Shown: piece after piece, positions 1 through 14,794 of the stretch
How the letters are laid out: the number at the start of each line of letters is the position of its first letter
How positions within the stretch are numbered: the first letter of the stretch is position 1
Notes under the pieces: generated by a model
Seen by the model: the letters and a program-made list of their open reading frames with translations, nothing else
Database searches by the model: none
What the model was told of the DNA's origin: nothing
DNA from: Catajapyx aquilonaris
Lineage: Eukaryota
Reading direction: 5' to 3'
DNA: 64,000 nucleotides
NCBI GenBank assembly: GCA_000934665.2
Contig: KZ537996.1
Location: 1 to 64,000, forward strand
Translations under genes and position numbers: made by a program

Positions 1-494
1 CCATACATAAGTGAAGGAACAATAACGTGAGAGTAGACAGACAACCTACAGGCAGAAGATAAGTCCTTATTTCTAGAAAACTTACTTGTGGCACCTAACA
101 CTTTCAACCCAGAACTAACTCTCCTGTCTATTTCCCCATCAATTCTGCCATTACTCTCAAGGACACTACCCAGGTATACAAACTGGCTGACCTGCTCAAC
201 CAGTTTTCCTCGTACCTGCAACGTACAAGGAGAAACCTGCTGTCCCCTCTCAAATACCAATACCTTAGTCTTATCTACGTTAATCCTCATACCCCTCTTT
301 TCACAAACATTATCTAACTTGCCTAGGATCAACTGTAAATCAGCCTCACTCTCCGCCAGAAGGGCAGAATCATCTGCATACAGCAAGTGACTAACTCTCT
401 CCTCACCAAACTGCACTCCTACACCTTCAACCATAGCTTCCCTTACACATGCATCTAAGTACAAGTTAAATAACCAGGGAGACATGACACAACC
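1..494 (-). mobile_element. Non-LTR retrotransposon (LINE, RTE/BovB-like clade) reverse-transcriptase fragment, 5'-truncated at about 494 and running off the left edge of the window
   Basis: The minus-strand frame from 494 to the edge is open and reads GCVMSPWLFNLYLDACVREAMVEGVGVQFGEERVSHLLYADDSALLAESEADLQLILGKLDNVCEKRGMRINVDKTKVLVFE...VEQVSQFVYLGS...GRIDGEIDRRV...VIVPSLMYG. It contains the (Q)GCxxSPxLFN, catalytic YADD, GxxINxxKTK and F.YLGS motifs typical of RTE-clade RTs. It is absent from the ORF track because no stop codon falls inside the window. Confidence 0.93.
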
Positions 495-1249
495 AATCAA
501 GCTACAACTCCACAAAATAGGCCTGTAAAGCCTACTCTCAATTTTCTACATTCCAGTTTTCTTCATTGCAGTAGCAAGACCGGTTGGCCTCCAAAATGGA
601 CGCGGATGGGGAAAAAAAACAACCCTCGACAACAAAAATCTGCCCGTCTCACCCAGGACTGGACTTTATCATCGGTGAACTACTTGGAAAGAACCTGGTT
701 TGGAAATGGTCAAGTTGCCTCTCCAGAAACTATACTACACAGACCCATATGGTGTACTATTTTTTGTGTGAAAAAAGGAGCCTATTACTCACCCCCATCC
801 TCCTACTAGGCTCCATCTACAACTTCTGTAAGACGAGTCCAACATGTGCAGGATAATTAGGGAGATTATGCAGGAAATTAAGAAAGGAATCTCACTTCCT
901 ACAAACATTCAGGAAGGCAATTTACCTCCTCTTTTTTATAACCCTTCCTTGTCTCAAGGCAAGGCACAGCATTAAGGCCCCCCTCCAATTTTTCCTCCCC
1001 CCCCCTTCCCCAAGTTTTATTGCAAATTGTCACGTCCGCGTAAATAAAGCGTGTAAAAAAAATTAACTCAGCGTCTCCAGACTTGGCAAAAAAAAATGTC
1101 CGTCCTTGACACTCCCCTAGCCCTATCCGCACTTTACGAAATGGAACATAAAAGTGTCTGGTATTTTCTAGGGAGGGGTTGGGTCCAGGGGGGTCCCCAA
1201 CTTCCTCCCGGGACATCTGGAGCTGCTGACTAAACAAAAGTAGGAACCA

Positions 1250-1271
1250 GGGCGGCCATCTTTTAAGGTCT

Positions 1272-1311
<40 letters not shown>

Positions 1312-1435
1312 AATAAACCCAGCATAGGGTGGACCAGTCCCCACATCAGGACGGATATTACCAATAGGTGGCCCCTTTCAAAAACCATCTTGTGTCACCG
1401 AAAATCACGTGACTAGGACTGGGTCCGCCATTTTC
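1250..1435. promoter_or_regulatory. Candidate Polycomb-response or boundary-like element (Pho/YY1, GAGA and CTCF-like motifs)
   Basis: GGCGGCCATCTT (1251) and CCGCCATTTT (1425) match the YY1/Pho consensus and flank (CT)16. CCAATAGGTGGCC (1361) is CTCF-like and TCACGTGA (1405) is an E-box. Motif evidence only. Confidence 0.3.
1275..1306. repeat. (CT)16 microsatellite (GAGA repeat)
   Basis: Perfect CT dinucleotide run read directly from the sequence. Confidence 0.95.
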
Positions 1436-4400
1436 CGGGGGTAACAGTCGGCGTTAGTAAGCGTTGGTGAGCGTGGTGAGTCTTCACAAGTTCAGTATTT
1501 TCATTTTGAACTCCATATATTCCCCTCCCGTAACTTTTGGCGTGGACTTTATTTAGAGCGTTGCATTTTATGAATAATGGTTGTGGCGGGCACTGACACA
1601 AAGGGATAGCCCTGCGAGTACGTACCGGTAGGAAAACACTATCCGAGCTGCATTGACCGCAACCGTGGTGCGTACCAAGGCACAAATTAGTCCGGAGCTC
1701 GCCCCCGAGACTGTAATGAGGTGCAAGAACTTTCACATGGATCCGGATTTATCGCGGCCGGCGCCCGGGCAATCCTTCATTGCCAAAAAATACAGAATAT
1801 TTCGCGCGACTAAATTGACTTTTAAAACTGGGCATAAATTTTAGGAGGGGGGTGCAGCCCAAGTTGAGGCAGACCCGACTGCTGGGGAGGGCCGAAAAAT
1901 GCGGTAGTTAAATTAGAAAAGGGCGTAAATTAAGCAGGGTTTTTTACGTACTGAATTCGAGGTTATTGCGAAGCATGTGAAGAAAAGCAGGTGAATGCCA
2001 GGCCTGGTTCTGTCTCCTAGTTTTTCATGATTTCAGAGCAAAATTTCTGGCTGGGACGATTTTAGTAAGTTGTAGGCCATATCTGTTATTTCATAATTGC
2101 TAAGGTCATTATTGTAAGTGTAGCATCGGTTTAGTTACAGTTATATGTGCAACAATAATAAGAAACAAATGAGGGTTTTTTTTGGAAAAAGGCCGGATGT
2201 CAAGAAATTCCCAATTTCAAACTACCACGTCTGTATTCATCTGGCAACCCTGACGCTCACGTGGAAAAATTCTCAAGCCAAAAGGGCAGTTCTACTAGTC
2301 GCAAATCAAAATCTAATTCTCAAATTAACATTATGAGCAATGGCCGAGACAAACACATTTATGTCTTTCCTGGGAAATTCACTTTTAGTGACAAAAAACC
2401 CTCAAATATGGCCCATAAACGTGACAATGTCCTCATTTTACATGCATGTTCACTGTAAAATGCTAGTTTTATAGCTGCTTATCAAAACGTTAATTCCAAA
2501 CAGCTTGTTACCTATATGAGCTATAAACAAGTTGCATATCTATTGCACTTTGTATCAAAGAGAAACTGAAAGGAAGCAGACTTTTACGACTAATCATTTG
2601 ACATAATGCCATCAGAGGTCCTCATATTGCTGTAAAAAACGTAATCTGATTGACCCGGATTTGACCCATAATTGATACACTATACGTTCCATTGCGTAAT
2701 GAGTCATAATGAGCAACAGTCAGGTAATTTAGGCCTATTAAATGTCATGTAAACTCTCACATGAATCAATGTCCTATGATCACAACAGACGTGTTCATCC
2801 TGCAAAGGATTGCAGATAACTGTAGAGTATACTTGTGTAACACGCAAACTGTTTAGTTTTTTGTTTTGCCTTGTAGTAAAATATATAAGTGATATGCGAT
2901 ATTATATTTTAAGAATTACTGCGTGCTGCTTACTCCACCAACATTAGAGGCGAACGGAATTAAAAGGCCTATAGGATACAAGCCGTCACGCACACACGTT
3001 GTTACAAAATTATTTACGAGCGACAGATTCCATGACAATTTAGTAGTACCCAATTTCATATCACATGACAGATAAAAATCATAAAGTTATCTTTTAAATC
3101 AGCGCAGTTTATCTTTGGAATGTGAGCAAGCAAACATTGTGCTGTAAAAAATTATCTATGCTATCCTCATAGTAGCGGTGCCATACAATATGTTCCACCT
3201 TACTTCTCAGTAGTGGTTAGTTTTTCGCATTAAATCGCTTATTTTAAGCAGTTACATTTCATGAACTGCTATTGATGAATGTTAAAATATTAGTTATTAA
3301 TAATAATTCATTATTAATAATTGGAGCCTCATTTTGTACTGATCCAGAAGAATCTGATATGTTGAAACATTACCGATATCAAGTGCCAATATCGGCCAGA
3401 AATAATGAATATAAATTAAATCTTTACATTCAAAATTAATCGCCAATGACAACATGAAATCTTCCATTCAATGTTACTCTATATAGCATCAAATATTGCT
3501 AACAGCTAGAACTTCTTGAAAGTAACCGCTTAAAAATATGAAGCTTCGTGACAAAAAATCGCTAAGCACTGACGTGAAACATACTGTATTACATCAGAAA
3601 AGATCGAGATCCTCTCTGATACTTTAAATTTATTTTCTATTTTAAATTTTCAACGATACACTGTACCTTCAAATGATGCATGTTACCTCATGCACAGCAG
3701 CGACATATTTCTGTTAATCTTGCAGCAAAAACGTATCACAAATGTCATCGAAATGTGAAAAATCGAGAACAACAAAATAATTCGAGAGCAGCATTCTTAT
3801 CATGCTTGCTTTTGGTACAGTCTACATCAAACAAGATGGACAACCGCAGAAATCTATTGTGATGATGTAGACCAGTTCGTAGAAAATCTTCTGGCAAAGC
3901 GCAGGCCATCGAGCCGGTAGCCTCTGGCCAAATACAGACACGGGAGTGGCGCGATTTCAATTTCATTTTCATCACGTTTCCATCTTTTCCCCCCTACCAC
4001 CTCCTCCACCTCCTCCCCCCCCCCCNCCCCCCCCCCCTTCCAAGAATTCCGCTCAAAGCCACGAGTTTGGGAATGTATGAGAGGGGCCAGTCTGCAGCTC
4101 GGGATATCTCTCGCGCCGCCAACATCTTTCCAAAAGTATAGATCAGAAAGCGCACTTTGGTCAATAAATCCCTCCAAACTTTTTGGCCTTTTCCAATTTC
4201 CATTTTCCACCGAACAAGCTGTCCACGCCTTTTTTCCCATATTGTATCACATTTTTTTTCTAGGATATACAAGTAAATCTTACCTGTATACCACGTGACA
4301 TTCCTATATCACAACTGGAGCTGTATGTGCTTAAAAGCTTCTGGCATGTACAGTACCCAATCAGCTGTTTGCTATAGGTGAAGAGGTCATCCCCCATGGA

Positions 4401-7400
4401 AATTACGTGCGATCCATTGTGTCCTTTCAACACTGACTCTCAGTGTTTTAGCTTATCTGAATTCCATTCTCGTTCGACCTTGGTGGTAATCTGTCAGTGC
4501 AATGACGAACAACAACAGCCTTTCGTTACATGCTAAATACACAGCATATCCATTGCGTTAGGGTTAAAAATAGGAGCGTCTAGAACTAGATTTAGCGTCA
4601 TAAGAGAATGGAAACCGATATCGAGAAAAATGGACAGCTCCACGTCACTCGATGACTATTTTCTACCCTCTAGATTTCTTATATTGTTCCGAATGTCACC
4701 GGCACACTGCCACGTTTCCCATGGCACAGCCACGTTTTGAAAATGCGGGGAAATAACTGGGGGACATCGTGTGGATTTTTGGAGGGGGCCGAGGGAACCA
4801 GGCGGCCATGTTGCTGATGGTGTATTGGCTGAGCGTCTGTAATTAATCAACGCCAGCCAAGATGGCGCTGGGGCTGCCATTTATGGAGGTGTAATGGGCC
4901 TTTCCCCACCCTTGAAGCTGAGGGGGTGCTGGATATGGCCAACCGAAAAAAATGAAAAATTTGAGGGGACGCTACTCTACTGTTCACCATCAAGGCTCCC
5001 TTTCGACCTTGACAATCTTCCTGATTTTTGCCACTTCATTACGCATGTTTATCACAGATTCATATATGCTACAGTAAATCCTGAAAAATGTGGGGTATAT
5101 CCGACTAAGGGTTAATATTTCACACACAAGCACCTGAAGAAATGCCATTCTCATTCTTTTTGTAACAAGTGCAGTGGCAAGCTCTTTCACACCACATGAG
5201 CAGAGGTGAAAAAAAATTTCCTGAGAAACACAAAGAACCTTGCGTGGACGGACAACAAAGGGCGGAAGCACAAGATGGCAGGTGGTTTCCCTCAAACCCT
5301 CCCCAACTCCTCTGGCCCGTCCAACCACTGTCATTGGTGGGTTTCAAGAAGACTCTAGGATGGGTGGGGGTGATATTTAGCATTCTTGTCACGAGTAGGG
5401 AGAGAAGAGAAAAAAAGAGAGCTTTTCTTTCCAGTAGAAAAATTCGTGCCAAAAGCTTCAAGTCCAGCAGATACCCAAAAGGACGAGCCCTTTTTTCCTT
5501 TGCTTATCTTTATTCCGGGCCAGGACTGAGCAAACGACCGAGCTGTGTTTCTCTGGTGACGCGGGAACCGTGATGAATTGGCGAGAAACCCAAGACGCAT
5601 TTTCTATTTTTCATTGTGAACGAGTCTCCGGGTACCATCTTGCCTGCCCCTTCCGAGATGAAACTCACCCCACCCCCACAACACCCACTGCCTCTCCTTC
5701 TTATATTTTCTTCTTCCTTTTTTTTACCTTTCCCAATTCTAGTTTCCCATGCACTCGATCAAGTAGTATTCGCTATGACGTACACGCGTACACGTAAGAC
5801 GAACTTTTTTTGATTTTTCAAAGTTTATATTGAAATTCTCCTCAAGAATTACCTGGGGCCAATGGATCGGGCTCCAATTGGACCTCCAAGACTTTTCAAC
5901 CGCACTTGAATTTTTTTTCCTGAGGGTCGGGAATCTTGTTTACAACGTAACTTATCGGCAACATGCCTTGAAAGTTACGTGTGGCACGTCACAAATTCCA
6001 AGTGCGCAAATTGAATGTTAAAGAGACATATAATAAATGAACCGGTAAAAATTGACAGAGGGTCAAAGCTGTTTGTTCTGACATTATTGAAACGATCTTA
6101 CATAACTCTTTTAGAAGCCAAGAATTCCATAATAGGAATCACTTACTTATAGTCAAAAGTTACATTTGTTCATCTTGTTGCAAGCAGGTATTTATCAACA
6201 ACCTCATTAAGCATTTAATAAAGAGTATTTATTGGTAACTCGTTACAATCCTATATATCAATAAGATAACTTTTGTAGAGCTCCTATTGATTCATTTGTA
6301 TTGATGAATAAATCCGTGTTGAAGAGGTTCACAGCGGTCCACAGAGAAAGTGACGAGTTAAAAGCATTTCTATGTAATAGTTCATAGCATTATTATCGTG
6401 TCCAGTTTTACCGGCCACTCAATCTCGTCTAACGTCAAAACAACATGCAAATTGTCAACATGTCCTATACACGCAAAATGTAGCCCGCATCAATCATTTC
6501 GAAATAGTTGACAGTCTACTCTAATGTTCTATAAGATATTCACATCATTTGCAGAGTATACTGTTGGTGAATCCTGCATACCTGTCATTGGGTGTTGGGA
6601 CACCCAGAAACCGGAATAAATTTCAGAAACAGAATTATCTTCATTGTTATTATGTTAGAAAAATTATTAGCTACAACATATTATTAACCAATGTGTTGAA
6701 AATGATAATTTGTTTCCTTGTTATAAAGATCCTTAACTGCTAATTGCAGTTTACGCATCTGACATCCTCTCTGCGTAGTCATAAATAGCAACGAGTACAA
6801 AAAAAAATCAAGTACAATTTTTGTTGTGGACCTGCAGCAAAGGACAGGAAACTTGATCGAGTCAACATGATTACGATTTCATTGAAACTTGACGCAAACG
6901 TCAGTTTCCCAGACATTTTTCTGTACTGTACCCACAGTGAGTCATGCATACACATACTCGTGTTATCCCTTATTCCTTAATGCACCCTTGCTATTCGCAA
7001 AACACAATACCCATTCCACCCTCATGTTTGTGTCACAGCCAGTCATCAGTCAACACATCCTAAGAATACTTCTGACACAAAATCGACTTCGCCTAACTTA
7101 CAAACAATACTCAACATGCCACATTCACATGACACACACGTCACACATCCATTATTTTTTGGGTGAGCAGCCATGGTAAGGCCCATTTTTCTCATGATGG
7201 CCTAGTCCTACGATATCTTTGCCTCCCATTTCCATACAGAGCACCAAATTCCCCTCCTCTCCCTACCTACCCTCCCTCCCCGGTTTCATGCAGGAAGGAA
7301 TCCAAACTATGAGCCAGATAATTGGAAGCATTTCCTCCCCGCGACGTTGATGAGAACGCTGCCAATACTCAGGAACAGTTTTTATGACTCAGGAGGGAGG

Positions 7401-10400
7401 GCTCCTCTTGATTATCTGGTGCCACTGAGAGAACGGTGGCCAATCGTCAAACATTAATAAACCTGCTCATCAGATGTACGATGGAATGGAGTTGGAGGGG
7501 AAAAAAGACCCAAGAAAATACCCTAAAAGAAAATGGAAGTTCAGAACCAAAATGGAAAAAAGTATCAGTAAATATGCGCACCAAAGTGATACGTATGGAA
7601 AAATGGGTATCCCTAGAGTCAGCTTCTTACAACATTATCCACAGAAACCTGATAGTGAGACGCTCATGAATCTTGGGGTACTTTAATTTGACAAATAAGT
7701 AGCCAGACGGCAGATTCATCATGGCTCATTTGCCAGCTGAATTTCCTCATCTTTTTGCTCACCATGGACTGAGGAGGTGTCAAATTATTGCCCTGTCCGA
7801 CGCTGTAGTTTGGTGGTGATTTATTGTGCAGATACGGGTCATTGCGTTCAGGACAAACACTCGGGAGTCAGATGTGATAGTTGCGATTTCGGTTATTTAG
7901 ATGTGACAGCGGTTGTAATAAGGTGTGGAGGACAAAATAATAAATGTAATGAGGTAGAATTCTAAATGTTTGTCCGTAACGAATCTGTATAATTATTTGA
8001 CATTTTCATGCAGTATGAAGGTTTTCGCCAACATTACTTTGCATTGTTCTGTATTTTTAAGATATTTCACAGCGTTTTTGGTTATCGTCTGTTCTTCGGT
8101 ATAAACAGGTCTATTATTGCATGGAATTGCTGGTATATTTTCCTCTGCCATATATGATGACCTGATATGCCGAAGGATGTCACATTTGACTAATTTCGAG
8201 ATATGACAGTTTGAAGTGTGTAAATTGCATTGTCCCTTATGAGAGCAAAATTTCTTTAACTATTTCTGCATTGTTCTACCAAGAAAATTACTTAACCAAC
8301 AGAAAGCTTCGTACAATTTCGACCAAAATAGGGACATGAAAATCGTCGATATGCGAACAGAAGCAACAAAAAATTTAGGCAAATCTATTCTTGCATGAGT
8401 ACATTACAGGTTCATGAACTGAACGTGTACAAAAATCCTGTACGTATACAGTAAAATGCAGGGTTGCCATGCCAAGTTCCTTATTCATACTGCATAAGCC
8501 TGAACTAAAAAAAGTTGGGCCAATACACAAAATTCTGGCCGGGTATTGAAAATCCCAAAGCCTGCAGACTTTCCAGAGCAATATTTTAGTTCCACTAGCC
8601 CGCAAAAAAAATGTGGAAGCGCCATCTAAGTCGTCTAAGATCTAGGTTGATACATTCCAGTGCACTTGGGGTCACAGGCCAACTGGATAAAGTCCCTGAT
8701 CAAGGTTGTGAAGAAGAAAAAATAGGGTTGTAGGCAAAAGAGGTGTGTCTTGCGGCGAGTGTTGGCCGTGGACTCAAGCGAGTCCTTCCTCTGTTTCCGT
8801 CGGTCCTCCAAGAGTAAGTGAGGGGCGACGGTATGGTGTGGAAAATGGTTGCAAACAGGGATGTCGGTGGCAGTTTCTATGGAAATTCTTTGGCCGCGGA
8901 CCAATTTACTGCCTTCCTGTGCCCAATGTCATCCGGCCCCAGGCTGCGTCACGGCAACCAATTTCAACGCCACGTGCAATTTGAAGAATGCGAAAAGTTT
9001 TCGGGGATGGTCTCCCCGCCCTGTGAGTTATGACCTTACCCCGCGTGTATAAGTGTCTCGCTTGGAAATTTGTTGTTTTAGTTTTATTCGGCCTGACGCG
9101 TGCGTGGCCGCAGTCCGCGCGACCAATTGCGCCATGTTGCACAGGGAAAGCCAATTTTGGATTTTTTTCCCCACTCCCTGTGCGCGTCCCCTGCTGTCAT
9201 TACCCGCAAGTTCATGCGATTCCAATTTGTAAACTGGGAGGGTGTCACACTTGCCATTTCCTGTCACACTCCGTATGCAAATGATGGGAAAGAGACCGCC
9301 CTCCTAATTAAGGAGTCCGAATCCGTGATGCCATCTTACGGGAGCTTCAGCATATGGGACTAATCGCGGCCACGCTTCCTCTAGGGAATCATATTTCCGT
9401 TTATTAACCACTTTTTGCCTACTCCTTTTGTATAATGCGGGTGAAAATAATCGTGCAGATTTATTGGGCAAGAGCTGACCTCTCTCCACCTAGGGTCCTA
9501 GGCATTTGGAGGCTATACCTCCCTAGGCTCGACAGCTCATTCTTATGTGTAATCACTTTATGACGCTCTCAAGCTCCCATTGCTAATTATGGATTACGAC
9601 TTGGTGTAAGCGGCGTTGGTGGCTAATCCAACCGTGTGTTTGTTGCTGAGGGACTTTTTTTCCTACTCATTTCTAATCCTGGCTTGAAACTTGGAGTCGT
9701 TTAATTTTATGACGCTATAAGTGGGCATGTGTTTTCAGCCTGGCTTCCTGCAGTCATATATATCGTGGAAGGAAAATATATGGAGCTGGATCAAGGTGAA
9801 AAGCGGAAGCTTTGTTGACACGTCATGTTACCTGTCAGGAGAATGACGTGACATCGTCAGAGTGATACTTTGTATGTTATGTGTCCCTGAATTGTGTCGT
9901 ACGCATGCGTTGGATAGTACGCATGTATATGCCCTTGAGCTGTTTTATTACAGTGCATTTGTGAAAAGGCTGATCCTATGTTGTAACAAATATGGGACTA
10001 TTTGCATGAGTGTCACGTCCGGCTAGCTAATTATTTGTTAATACTGCATATTAAACAATACGTAAGATGTTATGCAATTATTACGCTACTTTGAGAGAAG
10101 AGATTCATCGCATTTCAGTGATATTTGACTGATTACTGAAATGTATTTAATGTGAAGTAGTTCGTTACTTTTGTAATGATCAATGAAATTTCTTCGTAAA
10201 GGTTCGGGTACTTTGAATTTACGTAATATAAATGTGCCAATTTGCTTTACTTACATGTGTCATGGGAGACATATTTATGGGTACTTTTCCTTATTTTACC
10301 TAATGGATATTTCAATTTCATAGCAAGTTGGTTCACGCTAACATTCTTTCACCTTTACATGCAGGGCTGGATGTCTGATGCTAAAAGTCTTTTCTTGGAA

Positions 10401-13400
10401 AGCTATCTGTGAACCTTGGAGGACCTGCTTCATAGTCTCTATAAACGCAACATTTTATGCAGTGTTTCGTATCACACTAAAATAGGGATCAATATTTTCT
10501 GCTGTATAATGTACTATACACTTAGGCTGATTTCATTATGGTCGAAATCAAATCGTAGCAGGTGTTCAATGATAATTATTTACTTTTTCATCTGATATTA
10601 CAGGCAGGTTTTTACATGTAAAGTTTATGTAGAGCCGGATATAATGTAAATGGTGATATCAAAAAAGGATCACTTTTTGGTAATCCACAAAAAAACAAGG
10701 AACTACTGCCAATAGTTATTTGTGATGCATTGACAGCCTAACAGCTAATGAGGTACCTCATCACGACTAACCGCACTCGTGTAATGTAAACTGGTTTTAT
10801 GATGTTTAGATTGTTGAAAGCCTATGGCCCGTCTAATGGACGCATGTATAGTAGCCACTAACACATTTCAACAACTACATATCAGAGAAGTGTAATTATT
10901 ATCACGTGCTAATATGTAAGGAAACATTTGGTTGCAATGTGCTCACTTTTTACTCTAGTTAGCACATACAAATAATATGTTGCTTTTTCGGCATAAGTCT
11001 TTGGAATATTGCAGGAATATTTTCAGTTGTTTGCAAAAGGGCAATTCAATAAAAGACGTTTCAAGTTGGTAACACTCATTCTAAAAGTAGGCTACTCACT
11101 GTCAGAAAGATAACAATACGTTTATGACGCATGTTCCAATCTGTCATCCGGGTTAGAAACTGCAGCAAATATCTAAGATTGAGACTTTTTTAAAGTAGGT
11201 ATCTTAAAAACTGTTACATAAGAATAATGGAAGACACCTGGTGAGCCTCGTACTCGTAAAAGTGGAAGCACTTATTTTATTGCAGATGTAACCATACACT
11301 TTCGCAACCTGATAATAATGCATATTCAGTACATTATGATGTAAACAAACACGCCTTTCTCTCCCTTGATTACTAACGGCATTGAATGATCGTAATAATT
11401 ACTTATGGCATAACTGCGGAATGAAAGGCCTCATTCACAATCCCGTCGCAAAAAAATACACAACCAGACGGCAGAACTTATTGCTACTCAGTGACATTCC
11501 CCTGTAATGCGTTGAACAAGCTGGCTTTCGGCCTTGTACCAGGGCCTTACACCTCACATTTTGGATTGAATATATGTATAGATGCTTGCAACGATAAGAG
11601 ATAGGACTCGATAAGGACGGTAATCCTATCCGACTTGCACATACCACACTGCTGGACACGGGCAACACCCTGACCATCAGCAGCCCAACCTTATAAAAGG
11701 AAAGCAATTCGCATTAGGCTTCATATTTATGACACGAATAACCTATAGCCCTATTCATAACAGACCTAATGAAGTGTCAGTCTTATCAGCCATCTAGAAG
11801 GTATCACCATTTATCACTCTGCTAATTAATAAAACATAAGCGAGCTGATTTATACTTCCACATCGGGATATGCTGCTAAAGCATCATCGGTATTGTTGTG
11901 ACAACACTTCCTGACGCGAGACCGATCTGAGACAATCGGTTGTACAAATCCAATCCCGATTCGGAATATTCGGTTAGTCGAAGGCCGCGTTGGCAAAGAA
12001 GCCGCCGAGGGGCTACTTTTCCTGTCTATGAGAAGCTATGGACTCCCAATTGTGTGTCGCGATAAAGAAAGAAAGGAAAGAAGGGAAAGAGGGAGAGGAA
12101 ATCAATCGGATGGTCCCTTCCGTATATATATTCAGTATAGTGTACGTAGTGCATATATTGAGTCTAGTGCTGGGCTGTAATAACTATAGCCAAGGCAGCA
12201 GGCAACAAAGGCCGTTATTGGCGCGAGTGCGGCGTTGCTTCCCTCCCGAGCCTTGGCTCCGGCCACAGGCTCAAACTGTCTCTGAATCTGCATCACGTAT
12301 TCTCCAAGTCCGGAGAGATTCGATCCCACAATATTTCACCCAGAGTTATGGTCTCCGATCCGACAGGAAAATTGCAAAAATGGGGTAATCTATCTTTGTT
12401 GAGAAAAGTACGGAAGATAAAAGAATTTGTCTCCCCACGAAGATTTAATACCCTCGGATCTATAAGATTGCAGGCTCCCTGGCTCCTCAAACTGCGAGAG
12501 CATATTGGCCTAGAAAATATTGAAGCTTCCATTGGAAATGGATATGAGCTAGGTGTTGCAAAGATCTCTCAGAATTTTGGGGAGTGAAAATCTAATTGAG
12601 TTCTGAAGATGCAGGCTTTATTAGACCTATAGGGGGGCCTCATTATGCATATGCTTCCCGATGGGCAATATATTTAAGTCGACCGAAAGTGTCTGCAATG
12701 TTCGGTCGGGTTGGAAAACCCAAACTCTCAACTTACTAATCCTACTGATTCGAAACCCAGCACAGAAACGTAGATGCTCAATGTTGTAGTCAGATGTACC
12801 CAGGTGTAATTACGATGGGGTTTTGTTCCCCGGGAGATCGGCCTTAATTATTCATGCCAATTCATTCTTCCAAGCCAGGATCTGGGATCGTGGTATACAG
12901 GCTTTTCTCCCCTTCCCTAGATTTATGGCGACAGCGTAATGGTACGTATCGATTTTTCATTAGGTTTCCAGAGAATTATGACTACGGAGGGGTCTGCGAA
13001 CAGAAGGACGAGTGAAGAATTACTCTCGGGCTTCTTGCGCAAAGAGGGTGAGGACTTATCGCAGCAGCCACAAAAATTCCCCTCGTTCCAACCTATATAC
13101 CCCCCAAGTTATACCCTCTTCTTCTATAGGGGGGGACTCTATATGAACTATTCTTCTCCCGAATGGAATCGCAGTGGGGAGGAGAAAAGAGGCGGCCAAA
13201 AACACGCCGGATGTACATTTGTTTCTGATACGCACTTTTTTGCACCCTCTACATATAGCCACTACATTACTCACACGCGTGTGGATAAAAAACTAACAAA
13301 ATATTGTGACACATGAGATATCTTTTACAGGCGATATTTTTCATTTGGGTGTTTTTTTTTTCCTTAGGTTCAAACCGAGGTTCATACCCTGCTTTTTTCG

Positions 13401-14794
13401 AACACGCGTTTCCAAAATGCATGCTAATGTGCACAATCAGGGCACTTCCTTATGAGGTGGATTACTGCACACGGCTGCTTCAATTTTGTCATCAAGTTGC
13501 CTCGACTGAATTTTAACTCGATACCATTTGCATGATAATACTCGCTGTGGGGGGACTCTCAAATTAAACGTACAGGTGGTACAAAATTTTGCAACACCGC
13601 TTTTGTATTTTTCCCCGCGCAATAACTCCACTGGCACACTGACCTACCCCAACATCTTATGACCGTCCACAATGCAAAGTACCTCCCAAAATAATCTCAT
13701 TGACGATTTGGCAGCAAAAACGGGTTTCATGAATGAAACCTCCCCCAAACTATCTCACCCTAGTAACCCAGTGTGCGATTAACCCTTTACTACGCCCCAT
13801 TCAGAGCAAGTTACGAGCGCTTAAATTGTCGACTGCACACTTGGACACTTCCCTGGGACATAAACAGCGGATTTTCTGTAGAGGTGGCGTTGTAAACGAG
13901 CGAGAGAGGGCGGGATGGTAGCTGGAAGGTAGGAAATATGACGCAGGTACTGCTGCTGGACAGGATTACGGCCTCATCTTTCTCTGTTGGATAGGGGGGA
14001 GGGATATACCAGGGTGGATGACAAAACCCCTACCTAGAGATGGGACTTTGATGGGAGATCCGAACTCTGCTCATCAACTTCCTATTAATGCCACTGCCTT
14101 TTCTTTGCCGGGAAAACCTATGGCCCATCGGTCATGAGGCTCCCGTATTACACGACGCTAAGGGCTTCACTAGGCGTCATGATGAACGCTGTCGTTTTTT
14201 TAATAGCTCATAATTGTTGCCAAATTAGGTCTAATTGGTGGGGGTCTCTGCACGCAGCTGCCAAGTCGGGACAGCGGGTGATAAGTGATGGAATTTTTTT
14301 TTGAACAAGATTTTGGCTGCCAATGGTGTTGACAGATATTATTTTACCTAAATTAGGGGAAAATATGGGCTTAAAATTTCACACCAGAATGCACGTATAG
14401 GCTTACGTTGTGGCTAACTTTTTAGTACAGTTGTAAATACTTCAAATACTGTACACTAAAAAGCACGTCTTCAAAGTTCAACATTTTTATTCAAATTATG
14501 TTTCACTTGATTGTAGGAAACTTGCAAATTAATAATTACGTTCACGTTCTTCTGTTATTAATAACTTTTCTCGCAAAAAACTTTGAGGATTGATCATTAT
14601 TTTTCAGGGCTATATAATGCGCTATTATTATTATAATTATTATAATTATTATATTATTAAACATATAATATAACGTGTATATTTAAATCAATAAAAATTA
14701 CTAAATAATGCAGTTATTGCGCTAACTAAATAAGTAAATTTCACTTAATAAGAATGGGTGACAGCGAATACTCCCTCATAATAATTTACGGTTT

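Noticed and set aside
88..390. 100-aa plus-strand ORF
   Set aside because: Antisense shadow of the minus-strand RT frame.
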